Of a DNA stretch of 64,000 nt, positions 38,804-48,436 are shown one piece after another. Below the pieces are notes generated by a model. It saw nothing but the letters and a program-made list of their open reading frames with translations, searched no databases and was not told where the DNA came from. The stretch's first letter is position 1. Every line of letters starts with the position of its first letter. Source of the stretch: Saprospirales bacterium (lineage in GTDB: Bacteria; Bacteroidota; Bacteroidia; Chitinophagales; Saprospiraceae); assembly GCA_007695035.1 (NCBI GenBank), contig REEO01000025.1, positions 329-64,328 of the forward strand. The letters run 5' to 3'. The position numbers and the translations under genes were made by a program.

Positions 38804-40024
38804 ATGAAAATACTTCTCAAAATTGCCTGGAGGAATATTTGGAGGAACAAGGGCCGCAGTGCTGCACTTTTAACCGCCATTGTAATAGGTTTGTGGGCTG
38901 GTGTTCTAACTGTTGGTCTTATGACTGGACTTTTGGACCAGCGCATTGACAATTTAATCGACTCCGAAATTGCCCATCTTCAGGTACATCATCCTGAATT
39001 CAGAGAAGAACACAGACCGGAAATGGTCCTTCCCGATGTAACTGAGTTGATCGAATGGTTGGATGACCATGAATCTGTACGGTCTTATACTGCACGATCA
39101 ATAGTTGAGGGCATGTTTCAGTCTCCTGTGAAAACCTCCGGAGTGAGAATCATGGGAGTGGACCCGGATAGGGAGCGCAAGACCACCACTTTTCACGAGA
39201 ATATCGTCAGTGGTGATTACGTGGACGTCGATATTAGGAATCCTGTCATTCTGGGGCTCGAGTTGGCAGAAGAACATAACATAGAAATAGGACACCGCAT
39301 TGTACTGACTTTTGAGCAATTAGATGGAGATCTGGCATCCGCTGCATTCAATGTCAGTGGGTTTTTCAGGTCGGGTTCTACCCAATACGACAGGGGCAAT
39401 GTGATTGTCAACTTAACGGATCTTCAGGCATTATTAAGTGAGGAACCCGTTTTTCACGAAATAGCCGTGGTGCTGCACGATATTGAGGAGGCAGAAAGTG
39501 CGGTGATGGCCATCAATGAGCAATTCGATGGATTGGTTGCACAAACCTGGGACCAACTCTCACCGGAATTAGGTACTTTGGTTCTTTTGGGTTCATTCAT
39601 GCTCTTTATCGTGACCATGGTCATTATGATCGCCCTCGCCTTTGGAATACTAAACACCATGTTGATGGCACTCTTCGAGCGGATTCGTGAAATTGGAATG
39701 CTTATCAGTATTGGAATGAGCCGAATAAGGGTCTTTTTTATGATCGTCCTGGAAGCAGTGATGCTCACCATTAGCGGGGCAGTCATTGGGATGGCATTGG
39801 CCTGGGGTACTATTTTGATACTGAATAGAGAGGGCGTGGATTTGGCAATTTTTGCCGGTGGTATCGAGGAAATTGGTTGGCCCACAGTTATTTACCCGGC
39901 CATTACCATGGGAGAATTTTTCTCTATTACCCTGGTGGTGATAACCATGACTTTGTTAGCTACCCTGTACCCGGCTTATAAGGCTTTTAGAGTCAATCCA
40001 ATGGAAGTAGAAAAGGATACCTGA
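38804..40024 (+). CDS. ABC transporter permease, FtsX/LolCE-like (paralog)
   Basis: It has the same architecture (IAWRNIWRNKGRS). I preferred ATG 38804 over TTG 38798. Confidence 0.85.
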   Translation: MKILLKIAWRNIWRNKGRSAALLTAIVIGLWAGVLTVGLMTGLLDQRIDNLIDSEIAHLQVHHPEFREEHRPEMVLPDVTELIEWLDDHESVRSYTARSIVEGMFQSPVKTSGVRIMGVDPDRERKTTTFHENIVSGDYVDVDIRNPVILGLELAEEHNIEIGHRIVLTFEQLDGDLASAAFNVSGFFRSGSTQYDRGNVIVNLTDLQALLSEEPVFHEIAVVLHDIEEAESAVMAINEQFDGLVAQTWDQLSPELGTLVLLGSFMLFIVTMVIMIALAFGILNTMLMALFERIREIGMLISIGMSRIRVFFMIVLEAVMLTISGAVIGMALAWGTILILNREGVDLAIFAGGIEEIGWPTVIYPAITMGEFFSITLVVITMTLLATLYPAYKAFRVNPMEVEKDT

Positions 40025-40059
40025 TCATTAAAAATGTAACCAATAAAATTTCCTTAATT

Positions 40060-40773
40060 ATGGCTGTTATTAGAACGGAAAAAATATGCAAGGTGTACAA
40101 CCCGGATACCATACCGGTGCACGCATTGAAGGATGTATCAATTCAGGTCGAAAAGGGTGAATTTACCAGTTTGGTTGGGCCTTCGGGTTCTGGAAAAACT
40201 ACATTGCTCAATATGTTGGGAGCACTTGACATGCCCTCCTCCGGAAAATCATTCATAGGAGATGTTGAAGTTACCAGACTTTCAGACCGGGAGCGAATTA
40301 GATTTCGACTTCACAATATTGGCTTTGTGTTTCAGCACTACAATTTAATCCCTGTGTTTACCGCTCGCGAGAATGTGTCTTTTATCATGATGCTGCAGGG
40401 GGTTGGCCAGAGAGAATTGCTAGAGCGCGCCGATGAATTATTGGAAAGTGTGGGGCTCGGTGACCGAAAAGATGCCAGGCCACATGAGTTGTCGGGAGGG
40501 CAGCAACAGCGGGTAGCTGTGGCGAGAGCCCTCGCTTCAAAACCCAGGTTTATTCTCGCAGATGAACCAACGGCCAATCTTGACACCAAAGCCGCAATGA
40601 ATTTACTCGATATCATGGAGAAAATGAACGAAGAGCAAGAAGTCACCTTCATTTTTTCAACACATGATCAACGGGTCATCAAAAGGGCTCGCCGGGTGGT
40701 TACTCTGGTAGATGGTGCTGTACATTCCGATGAAACCACTGCTGTTGACAGTGCTGTGAAAGATAACCAATAA
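40060..40773 (+). CDS. ABC transporter ATP-binding protein (LolD/MacB-type)
   Basis: Walker [10 protein letters not shown], signature [15 protein letters not shown], Walker [12 protein letters not shown]. Confidence 0.9.
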   Translation: MAVIRTEKICKVYNPDTIPVHALKDVSIQVEKGEFTSLVGPSGSGKTTLLNMLGALDMPSSGKSFIGDVEVTRLSDRERIRFRLHNIGFVFQHYNLIPVFTARENVSFIMMLQGVGQRELLERADELLESVGLGDRKDARPHELSGGQQQRVAVARALASKPRFILADEPTANLDTKAAMNLLDIMEKMNEEQEVTFIFSTHDQRVIKRARRVVTLVDGAVHSDETTAVDSAVKDNQ

Positions 40774-40812
40774 AGGGGGTACATAATTTTTTGTCCTTTG
40801 AAGATTTAAATC

Positions 40813-41970
40813 ATGAGACGGATATCATTGGTAATTTTCTCCCTTCTTATTCCATTTAGTTTATCCGGGCAATTGGGCGATCGCCTTGATGTCAGTGGAT
40901 ATTTTCAAGGCAACCCTGTGTTTGTAACGGCCGATCTTCCTCCCCCTTTCACTAAGAGTAATTGGATGGAATACAGGTTACAAAACAGGCTCAATATCCG
41001 GCTGGATGTATCTGAGTCTGTCCAATTTCACTGGCAAATGAGAACCCGTGCCTTTTTTGGAGACCTGGTGAGCGAATTGCCGGGATATGCGAGTGGAATT
41101 GATGTGGACGATGGCCTATTTAATATGTCTTGGATGGTAGCTTCCAGAGATAAATGGGTATTGCACTATATACCGGACCGGCTTTACTTTCGCTACACGG
41201 CCGACGACTGGGATGTGCGCATTGGCCGACAGCGCGTGAATTGGGGCATCAATACCATCACTAATCCCAATGACATATTTAACATATACTCATTTTACGA
41301 CTTTGATTACCGGGAGCGGCCTGGTTCCGATGCAATTCGGGTACAGCGATATTTTGGAATAGGTGAGCGGTTGGAGTTTGCTGCCAGTCCCTCCATAAAC
41401 ATTAGGAACAGCATCTTTGCCGGCCTTTACGGATTCAATTGGGGCAATTACGATATGCAGGTAATTGGGGGTTATTACAGAAATAGACTCGCCCTGGGTG
41501 GCGGTTGGGCCGGAAGTATTGAAGGAGCGGGATTCAAGGGTGAGTTGATGTACTATGCTGATTTTGACAAGGAAAACGGAAATCGGGCTACCAATTTCGT
41601 GGCGGCAATTTCGGGGGATTATATGTTTGAATCCGGTTTGTTTGTAACCACGGAGTTTTTGTTCAATGCAGATGGCGGAATGGACCAATTGTTACTCATT
41701 GCAGAGGACTTTGCACCAGACAATCCCTCTTTTTCAAAGTACCAAATTTCCATGCAACTGACCTATCCGGTTCACCCACTCGTAGATTTAATTTTTGCCA
41801 CAATTTACTATCCTGATGAGGCCACTGTTTTTTTGTCTCCGGGAGTCAGTTGGTCGGTTATAGAAAATCTGGACATTCAGTTGCTTGGGCAGGCTTTTGT
41901 CGGTAGGTCAGATTCCGTGCTTTCTAATGCTGCCAATCTTGTGACTGCCTCAGTGAGATACAGTTATTGA
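40813..41970 (+). CDS. putative outer-membrane beta-barrel protein
   Basis: It has a signal peptide, alternating beta-strand patterning throughout, and a C-terminal aromatic residue (SVRYSY). Confidence 0.55.
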   Translation: MRRISLVIFSLLIPFSLSGQLGDRLDVSGYFQGNPVFVTADLPPPFTKSNWMEYRLQNRLNIRLDVSESVQFHWQMRTRAFFGDLVSELPGYASGIDVDDGLFNMSWMVASRDKWVLHYIPDRLYFRYTADDWDVRIGRQRVNWGINTITNPNDIFNIYSFYDFDYRERPGSDAIRVQRYFGIGERLEFAASPSINIRNSIFAGLYGFNWGNYDMQVIGGYYRNRLALGGGWAGSIEGAGFKGELMYYADFDKENGNRATNFVAAISGDYMFESGLFVTTEFLFNADGGMDQLLLIAEDFAPDNPSFSKYQISMQLTYPVHPLVDLIFATIYYPDEATVFLSPGVSWSVIENLDIQLLGQAFVGRSDSVLSNAANLVTASVRYSY

Positions 41971-41981
41971 GGTTTTGACAC

Positions 41982-42012
41982 AAAAAAAGCCGGAAGGATT
42001 GACCCTCCGGCT
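41982..42012 (-). terminator. rho-independent terminator of rplU-rpmA
   Basis: The minus strand reads AGCCGGAGGG-loop-CCTTCCGGCT followed by TTTTTTT, about 40 nt after the rpmA stop. Confidence 0.7.
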
Positions 42013-42054
42013 TATATATCTCATTTGTTAAATCCCGGTTCCCGGGGCAGGAAT

Positions 42055-42726
42055 TTACTCCTCCTCCTGGTCGTCGGCTTTAAGCTTGGCTTGCAGAGCT
42101 TTGAGTTCATCCATTTTACCTTCCGCCGCAAGTTTGGCCTGCTGTGGCCATTCGGTCGGGTCAAATGCCTTGTATCTGCTACCCGCCTCTTCCAATATGG
42201 CTTTGAGTTGATCAACAGTAGCCGAAGCTATGGAGTCAAAAGTAGCAAAACCACCGGTTGCGAGAACTTCTGCCAATTTGGGACCCACGCCATCAAGTAC
42301 CTTAAGGTTGTCAGGCTTGCCGGCATCAGCTGGGCTGGCTTCTTTCTTAGGAACCTCGGCTTTGGGTTCTTCCGCTTTGGGAGCCTGAGCTTTTGCAGGT
42401 TCCTCCTTTTTAGCTGGAGTAGCTGTTTTTGCCTTAGCGGTTTTAGAGTCCAACTTTTCTGCCACCTCTTCCATTTTTGGAATGATGGAGACAAAAGTTC
42501 TTCTCAGTCTTTTCTTTTTGAACCTGACCGTTCCGTCAGTAAGAGCATAGAGCGTGTGGTCTTTGCCGATTCCGACATTGTCACCTGCGTGGAACCTGGT
42601 ACCGCGCTGACGCACGATTATATTTCCTGCAACAGCCTCTTGGCCGCCGTAGAGTTTTACACCCAGGCGTTTACTATTACTGTCGCGTCCATTGTCCGTA
42701 CTACCTACACCTTTTTTGTGTGCCAT
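42055..42726 (-). CDS. rpmA: 50S ribosomal protein L27 with a ~135-aa C-terminal extension (K/A/P/E linker plus helix-hairpin-helix module)
   Basis: The N-terminal ~85 aa are canonical L27 ([24 protein letters not shown]). The frame then continues uninterrupted to 223 aa. Confidence 0.85.
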   Translation of the reverse strand: MAHKKGVGSTDNGRDSNSKRLGVKLYGGQEAVAGNIIVRQRGTRFHAGDNVGIGKDHTLYALTDGTVRFKKKRLRRTFVSIIPKMEEVAEKLDSKTAKAKTATPAKKEEPAKAQAPKAEEPKAEVPKKEASPADAGKPDNLKVLDGVGPKLAEVLATGGFATFDSIASATVDQLKAILEEAGSRYKAFDPTEWPQQAKLAAEGKMDELKALQAKLKADDQEEE

Positions 42727-42747
42727 GATCTGATTGGTTTAAGTCGA

Positions 42748-43059
42748 TTAAACAGAAATTTTATCAATATGGAGTTCAGAGAGGTATTGTCTGTGACCTT
42801 TTTTGCGTCTGTAGCCTTTTCTTCTCTTCTTCTTGAAGACGATCACTTTATCATCCTTGAGGTGGTCCACTACAGTAGCCTCCACGGTTGCGCTTTCTAC
42901 CTTGGGTTTTCCAATGCGGACATCACCTCCATTGGCTACGAGAAGGACTTCGTCAAAGGAAACCTTTGACCCCGATTCTTCAGGCAGTCTGTGAACGAAG
43001 ACTTTCATGCCTTCCTCGACCTTAAATTGCTGCCCTGCTATATTGACAATTGCATACAT
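42748..43059 (-). CDS. rplU: 50S ribosomal protein L21
   Basis: MYAIVNIAGQQFKVEEG... matches canonical L21. Start is at ATG 43059. Confidence 0.92.
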   Translation of the reverse strand: MYAIVNIAGQQFKVEEGMKVFVHRLPEESGSKVSFDEVLLVANGGDVRIGKPKVESATVEATVVDHLKDDKVIVFKKKRRKGYRRKKGHRQYLSELHIDKISV

Positions 43060-43085
43060 AATTACCACTTTTTAGAAATGGACTG

Positions 43086-43093
43086 CAAAGGTA
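43086..43093 (-). promoter_or_regulatory. candidate -7 box (TACCTTTG) upstream of rplU
   Basis: The plus strand reads CAAAGGTA, 27 nt upstream of the start codon. Confidence 0.45.
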
Positions 43094-43124
43094 CAACTAT
43101 GTTTTGAAATAATACAAACATCTG

Positions 43125-44372
43125 TTAAAATAATTCTCTGAGTCTGAAGGTATGTGTTTGTCTGTCCTCTTCTCTTTCCACACGTACCCGGATTCTATTT
43201 CCTTCCTGGCGCTCCAGTCTGTTGGTAATAAACCTGAGACTCATAAATGATGACGGCCATCTTTGAAAAGCTACGATCCTGTCACCCCTGCGCAATCCCG
43301 CTTCCCATGCGGGGGATTTTTCTGCTACATTGGCGATGTAAAACCGGTTTAATTCCGGTCCCGCTGCAATTACAGATATCCCGCTTTTGTTATACCGGAA
43401 AGGTTCGTCAAAATTTCGCTCGGGTCTCAGGTGAATGACCTCATCGGTGTAGTTGATATACAGGTGAAAACGATTGAGTAATTGATTGCCGATTATTCCC
43501 TCCCGGTTGAGGTCCCGGAAGTCGATGGCCATGGTGTCAATATCCTGAAAATTGGTGACGATGTCTCCGAATTGATGATCCCACAATTCAAGGCCCGGAA
43601 CACGGCTCAGGTAGCCCTTTAGGTATCCACCGAGTCCTGCACCCAATTGGCCACTAATGGCATTTTCAGGGATTTCAAGATCGGGGTGTGTATTGGAATG
43701 CAGCAATAAGGGAAGGCCCGCGCCGGTATCCAGCAAGAAACGCAGTGGGGTTCTGTCATTGCCGTTAAGACGAACATTGCCTTTGACATAGGGTTTGTTA
43801 TTGATAACCTCGATGGGGAAGCTGTGGTAATTGGACCCCGGTTGCTTAAAAGAAGATCTGTGGTGCAACTTAATGTAATTCCGTCTATAGTTTATTTCTA
43901 CTATATAATCAGCAAAGAAAGAAGCACCCAACAATCCGTGCACCGATTTTCCCAACAATTGATCGAGTACGGAATGGTCCTCCTCTAACACCAGTATGCT
44001 CATGTTTTTGGGCTTCGAGGGTGCGGCCTTGACAGGAATATTGTGAGCGATAAGTGCGTGGAGTTCACGGCTGAGATCGGCCCCATAAATTGGTATTCTA
44101 CGGTCGTATTCTACACCGAAAATATCGGTGTAAATTCTGTTGAATAATATAGTGTGTTGAGCACCGGTATCAAAAATGAGGTTTAGTTCCAGGTTGCCAA
44201 ATATCGTAGCCCGGATGATTATAAAATCCTGATGGGTCTGAAACGGTATGCGCACACTTTCTCCGTCCTGGGTGATATCCTGCACCTGGGCTGATAATGG
44301 ACTCCCACTGCTAAATGCAAACAGAAGGGTTATCCAAAGAACAGAAATATGTGACTTTAATCTACGCATCAT
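43125..44372 (-). CDS. secreted protein with two retropepsin-like aspartyl protease domains plus a C-terminal PDZ domain
   Basis: Two D-T-G motifs are present (LIFDTGAQHT and FLLDTGAGLP). The PDZ-like segment is GISVIAAG...VAEKSPAWEAGLRRGDRIVAF. The start is uncertain (44372 or 44399). Confidence 0.7.
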   Translation of the reverse strand: MMRRLKSHISVLWITLLFAFSSGSPLSAQVQDITQDGESVRIPFQTHQDFIIIRATIFGNLELNLIFDTGAQHTILFNRIYTDIFGVEYDRRIPIYGADLSRELHALIAHNIPVKAAPSKPKNMSILVLEEDHSVLDQLLGKSVHGLLGASFFADYIVEINYRRNYIKLHHRSSFKQPGSNYHSFPIEVINNKPYVKGNVRLNGNDRTPLRFLLDTGAGLPLLLHSNTHPDLEIPENAISGQLGAGLGGYLKGYLSRVPGLELWDHQFGDIVTNFQDIDTMAIDFRDLNREGIIGNQLLNRFHLYINYTDEVIHLRPERNFDEPFRYNKSGISVIAAGPELNRFYIANVAEKSPAWEAGLRRGDRIVAFQRWPSSFMSLRFITNRLERQEGNRIRVRVEREEDRQTHTFRLRELF

Positions 44373-44405
44373 CCATAGTACAACGCAAGTAGACTGCACT
44401 CTTGT

Positions 44406-44615
44406 TTAATTTCCGAAAATCAGGTTGGATATGTTGGAAAGGGATTGATCGATAATTTTGGTATAGTGGGAGTGGGACCCATGGTGAGTAACTGGAAGTA
44501 GCGTCCCGGCAATGAACTCACCGGACCACAGACTCACCCCTGCGATCAGGCTCAGGGCAAAACAAATCAAAACTGAGAGCTCCATTAACTGCCGGCCTAC
44601 TATTTTGAGGGCCAA
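44406..44615 (-). CDS. possible small membrane protein
   Basis: 69-aa ORF that fills the gap between two same-strand genes and has one hydrophobic helix. There is no other support. Confidence 0.25.
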   Translation of the reverse strand: MALKIVGRQLMELSVLICFALSLIAGVSLWSGEFIAGTLLPVTHHGSHSHYTKIIDQSLSNISNLIFGN

Positions 44616-44648
44616 TTTCCAACCGGGCTCACCTCGGAGAAGTCCAAG

Positions 44649-45563
44649 CTATGAGGATTTTTCCCCAACATTTAAACGCCACCGCCAAAAGGAGGCCAGC
44701 AAAAGTGCTGATACCATGTCCCAAATGCCCCACCAGGCTACCACGAGCAACATGCCGCCTAACCCCTCGAAAAAATTGAATACAAGCACCAGACCCAGGC
44801 CGGCATTTTGGATTCCTGTCTCGAAGGAAATGGCTTTGGAATCCGCTACATCCAAACCATTTAGTCTGCCGAAGTAATATCCCATCAACAGTGCCCCGCC
44901 ATTATGAACCAAAACCAGGAAAAATACCAACTTAAAGTAATAGACCAGGTCATCCCTGTTGTCGTAAACCGCCACGACGATGATGGCGATGAAAATAATA
45001 AGAGCCAGGGTTTGAACAGGTTTGCTTATTTTTTTGGAAAAGGTGGGGTAGTGGTGATTGATCAACATGCCGGCAATTAGGGGTACCAATATGAGGTAAG
45101 TTATACTCAGAAACATGCTGGTGGGATCTACTGCAACTTCATTTAGCAATGTACTGGTCTGGGGCAATAAGCCGGCCCAAAATTGGAAGGTAACCGGGGT
45201 GATCACGATGGCAAACATGGTGACTATGCTGGTAAGAGTAATGGAAAGGGCTGTATTCCCACCGGCCAGATGAACGGAAAAATTCGAAATATTGCCCCCG
45301 GGACAGCAACTTACCAATATCAGCCCCAATGCCACACTTGCAGCTACGTCCCAAAGGCCGATCAGAATCAATGTGAATACCGGCAGCAAAAGCAATTGGG
45401 AGGTGAGTCCCGTCAAGGAAGATTTGGGATAGCGGATCAGACGCAGAAAGTCGTCCACCCTGAGATTGAGGGATATGGAAAACATGATAAATCCCAGACA
45501 GATGTTCAACAACAACAACTGGTCCGTACTGAAATCAATGATAATGTCGTCAATGGCTTCCAC
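44649..45563 (-). CDS. bile acid:Na+ symporter (BASS/SBF) family transporter
   Basis: 304 aa, about 9-10 TM helices, with family-like segments (CPGGNISN, ETGIQNAGLG). Confidence 0.8.
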   Translation of the reverse strand: MEAIDDIIIDFSTDQLLLLNICLGFIMFSISLNLRVDDFLRLIRYPKSSLTGLTSQLLLLPVFTLILIGLWDVAASVALGLILVSCCPGGNISNFSVHLAGGNTALSITLTSIVTMFAIVITPVTFQFWAGLLPQTSTLLNEVAVDPTSMFLSITYLILVPLIAGMLINHHYPTFSKKISKPVQTLALIIFIAIIVVAVYDNRDDLVYYFKLVFFLVLVHNGGALLMGYYFGRLNGLDVADSKAISFETGIQNAGLGLVLVFNFFEGLGGMLLVVAWWGIWDMVSALLLASFWRWRLNVGEKSS

Positions 45564-45808
45564 TAAACTCCTCTTTCTTTATAAAAGGCCGCAAATTAAA
45601 TAAATTTGGGAAACCCATTCATTGTGCCCAGCCTTTCAATGTCCTGAGGGAATTGATTTTGCTCCGATTTTCTACCGGCATTTGGTGTTTTTACTGCTCT
45701 TGCGGTGAAAAGGATTCCAAATTATCTCGTTTTTGCAACAAACGGGCGAAGAAAGTAGAGATTAAAATTAGGGTGACTTTAAAGCAAAATGACTGCACCA
45801 TCTCCACG

Positions 45809-48070
45809 CTAAAAAGACCAGCCCAGATTGACGTAACCCACGAGCCTGCCCATTTCGGGACTGTAGGAAAAGGTGGTTTCCACCGGCCCGATTCTACTGA
45901 GATAGCCCAGACTGATTCCCCATCCCAGTACAAAGTCGTGATGGGGCCACTCCGAGGGTAAAATTGGTATAAGGCTAAAACCCCAGGACCCTGCCTGCAT
46001 CATAACAGAGGCAAAAAATCGCTCTCCCAAAGCCCGCTGGATTCCAATTCTTCCTGATAAATAGCTGTTGTCCATAAACTGGTATTCGCGCAAACCGAGC
46101 ATGGTGAGTTGTCTGTCCACAACCGGGCGATACCCTCCTATGTTATAAGATGTAATAAAGCCTTGTTGGTGATCGATTAACGAAGCGAATTCAATGAGAA
46201 AATGCGCGGTGTATTTGTCGGAAAGAGGGACGTATTCCAGCCATTTTGCGTGAAGGTTTTGATATTTGATCATGCTTAGACCGAGATCTCTAAGTTCCGG
46301 GTCCTCGTACCCCTCTTTTTTCAGACTCAGATTGTGACGGTATCCAAAATGGTGGCTTAATGAAAAATAGAGGTCCTGACCTTTTGTGGGGAAAGCGTGG
46401 CGGTCCAGGGTATATCTCTCCCACTTCACGCCCACTTTCCAGCCATTGATCCATCCATTGATATTTACATCTGCGTTGTTTCGCTGGGACAGCTTTTGCA
46501 TCCGCCGTCCTATGTTCACCGACCAATAACTGTCGCGCCCCCTTAAGCTCGAATATTCTAAAGATGTTTTGAACAGGGTTCGTCTGTAGTCCACCGGCTG
46601 ACTGTGTCCCTCGTAAGGAAATCTAATTAGGGAACCCTCAATTTCAGCTGTGATCCAATTGCTTCGATGATCGTCCAGGAAAAAGCGCTTTCGCCCGAGC
46701 AGGGTGGGATTTTCTCCGATGTGCAGCCTGCCCTCCGCCTGGGTGTTGTTCCAAATGGGATTTTCGAGTTGAATGCCACCACCAATCCAGACCCCGATGT
46801 GGTCGTTATATCCGAGCAGACCACCCACTCTAACCAGGGATTTTTCGAGTAAGTCGATGACCAAATCGGTATTTTCCTCCTCCCTTTTTTCCGCAAAAAC
46901 ATAAATTCTATCAAACAAGCCTGTGGCGTAGAGTATGCGCACGGCACGTAGTACCTGGCTGCTGGTGGCTTTGTCCCCTTCCTTCAGAGGGAATGCCTGG
47001 CGCGCCATTTCTTCACTTACCGATTCCAGTCCCCGGAACTCGATGGATCTCAATTTATACTTTACTCCGGCCGGTTTTGTGGTAAAGTGCTCTGTCTTTC
47101 TGTCTGCCTGGGAGGCAGCAATTTCTTCAAATAGTTCGAGGTTTTTTCTGGCTTCTCGCTTTCCCAGTTCGATTATTTTTTCTACCTCGTCAAAATCGTT
47201 TGCATCAATGCCCTCCAGAGGGATGTCAAGAAACCAGGTGGCTTTTTCCTTGTTGCTAGCAAAGGTTTTGGCATCGGAGAAAAAACCAACCTGTAGGATT
47301 ACATCCAGTGGATTTCTGAGTTGGTCAGCCGATCTCAGGCCCCTTGCCACGTTGACCCCCAATACCTTATCTGCACCCATTTCATAAGCCACATCCACTG
47401 GAAAGTTGTTGGATACGCCCCCGTCGATAAGTTTTTTGCCATCTATTTCCACTGCGGTAAAAACAGCAGGTACCGCCATGGAAGCCCGGATCGCTTTGGA
47501 GATTTTGCCACCTTTTAATACCACCGCTTCCCCCGTTTCCAGGTCTGTGGCCACGCAGGCAAATGGAATGGGCAGGTCATTGAAGTCGCGTATGTGAGAT
47601 ACGTGCAAAAAATTGGTGCTCAGTTGGTTCCACAATTGCTGACCCTCCAGTGCGCCGGTTTCAAATTTGAGCCTTCCATCCTCAAAAGGTCTGCTGAACA
47701 GGTATTTTCCGGTCTCCCTTCTGTTTACCGGGTGGATAAACTCCAGGTTTACTTCTGAGCTGAAAAGGGTGCTCCAGTTGGTTCTTAATGCCATTTCCTC
47801 GATTTCCCGGGCAGAATAACCCGATACATACATGCCGCCTACTATGGCTCCCATACTCGTTCCGGAGAGGTAGTCAAGCTCAATTCCCAGACTGTCTATA
47901 ATGTGCAAAACACCAATTTGTGCCAGCCCTCTCGCTGCTCCACCGCTCAATGTGAGACCCAGTTTTTCTTTGTCGGGATCGGAATGTTCAACCGAATCCA
48001 CAGCCCGCATTTCTGTTGTCGCCAAAAGCAGTAGGGAATAAAAGAGGCATGATTTGATTGATTTCAACAT
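45809..48070 (-). CDS. patatin-like phospholipase fused to a POTRA/Omp85 beta-barrel (type Vd, PlpD-like architecture)
   Basis: Patatin motifs are present: GGAARG, GTSMGA, DGG. The C-terminal half is a beta-barrel ending in ...NLGWSF. I preferred ATG 48070. Confidence 0.8.
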   Translation of the reverse strand: MLKSIKSCLFYSLLLLATTEMRAVDSVEHSDPDKEKLGLTLSGGAARGLAQIGVLHIIDSLGIELDYLSGTSMGAIVGGMYVSGYSAREIEEMALRTNWSTLFSSEVNLEFIHPVNRRETGKYLFSRPFEDGRLKFETGALEGQQLWNQLSTNFLHVSHIRDFNDLPIPFACVATDLETGEAVVLKGGKISKAIRASMAVPAVFTAVEIDGKKLIDGGVSNNFPVDVAYEMGADKVLGVNVARGLRSADQLRNPLDVILQVGFFSDAKTFASNKEKATWFLDIPLEGIDANDFDEVEKIIELGKREARKNLELFEEIAASQADRKTEHFTTKPAGVKYKLRSIEFRGLESVSEEMARQAFPLKEGDKATSSQVLRAVRILYATGLFDRIYVFAEKREEENTDLVIDLLEKSLVRVGGLLGYNDHIGVWIGGGIQLENPIWNNTQAEGRLHIGENPTLLGRKRFFLDDHRSNWITAEIEGSLIRFPYEGHSQPVDYRRTLFKTSLEYSSLRGRDSYWSVNIGRRMQKLSQRNNADVNINGWINGWKVGVKWERYTLDRHAFPTKGQDLYFSLSHHFGYRHNLSLKKEGYEDPELRDLGLSMIKYQNLHAKWLEYVPLSDKYTAHFLIEFASLIDHQQGFITSYNIGGYRPVVDRQLTMLGLREYQFMDNSYLSGRIGIQRALGERFFASVMMQAGSWGFSLIPILPSEWPHHDFVLGWGISLGYLSRIGPVETTFSYSPEMGRLVGYVNLGWSF

Positions 48071-48410
48071 AGGGTAACAATATCCCGGTTCTGTGAATTT
48101 TAAGGGCAAAAATTTAGATGAGTTCCATCATTGATATTTCTAACGCAATTACCACAGCAAAAGTCCGGCTTACCAAAAAAAATGCCCGGTGGGAGGAAAA
48201 AATATTTGGAATGATTTTTTCCTCAGTCCCTTTACTTTTTAAATGGAAAAAGTCAAACCAGGAAAGCCAAAATCTCCTTTGTTGAAAATTTTTCTTCCGG
48301 TATAAATTACACCGACCCAAAACATTTGAGCTATGAATTTTTTAACACTGTAAGAAGGGGAGAGGTGACCGCATATCAAGTGCCGGCGCTTCACTTTCTT
48401 CAATAAATCA

Positions 48411-48418
48411 GTAATTTT
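48411..48418 (+). promoter_or_regulatory. candidate -7 box (TAATTTTG) upstream of the ALDH gene
   Basis: Exact TAnnTTTG match 19 nt upstream of ATG 48437. Confidence 0.45.
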
Positions 48419-48436
48419 GCGAAAAAATAATACACA

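Noticed and set aside
42025-42969. 314-aa ORF on the + strand across the rpmA/rplU locus.
   Set aside because: It is antisense to two canonical ribosomal protein genes. The translation is low-complexity (F/L/S/R-rich) with no motifs, so it is a shadow ORF.
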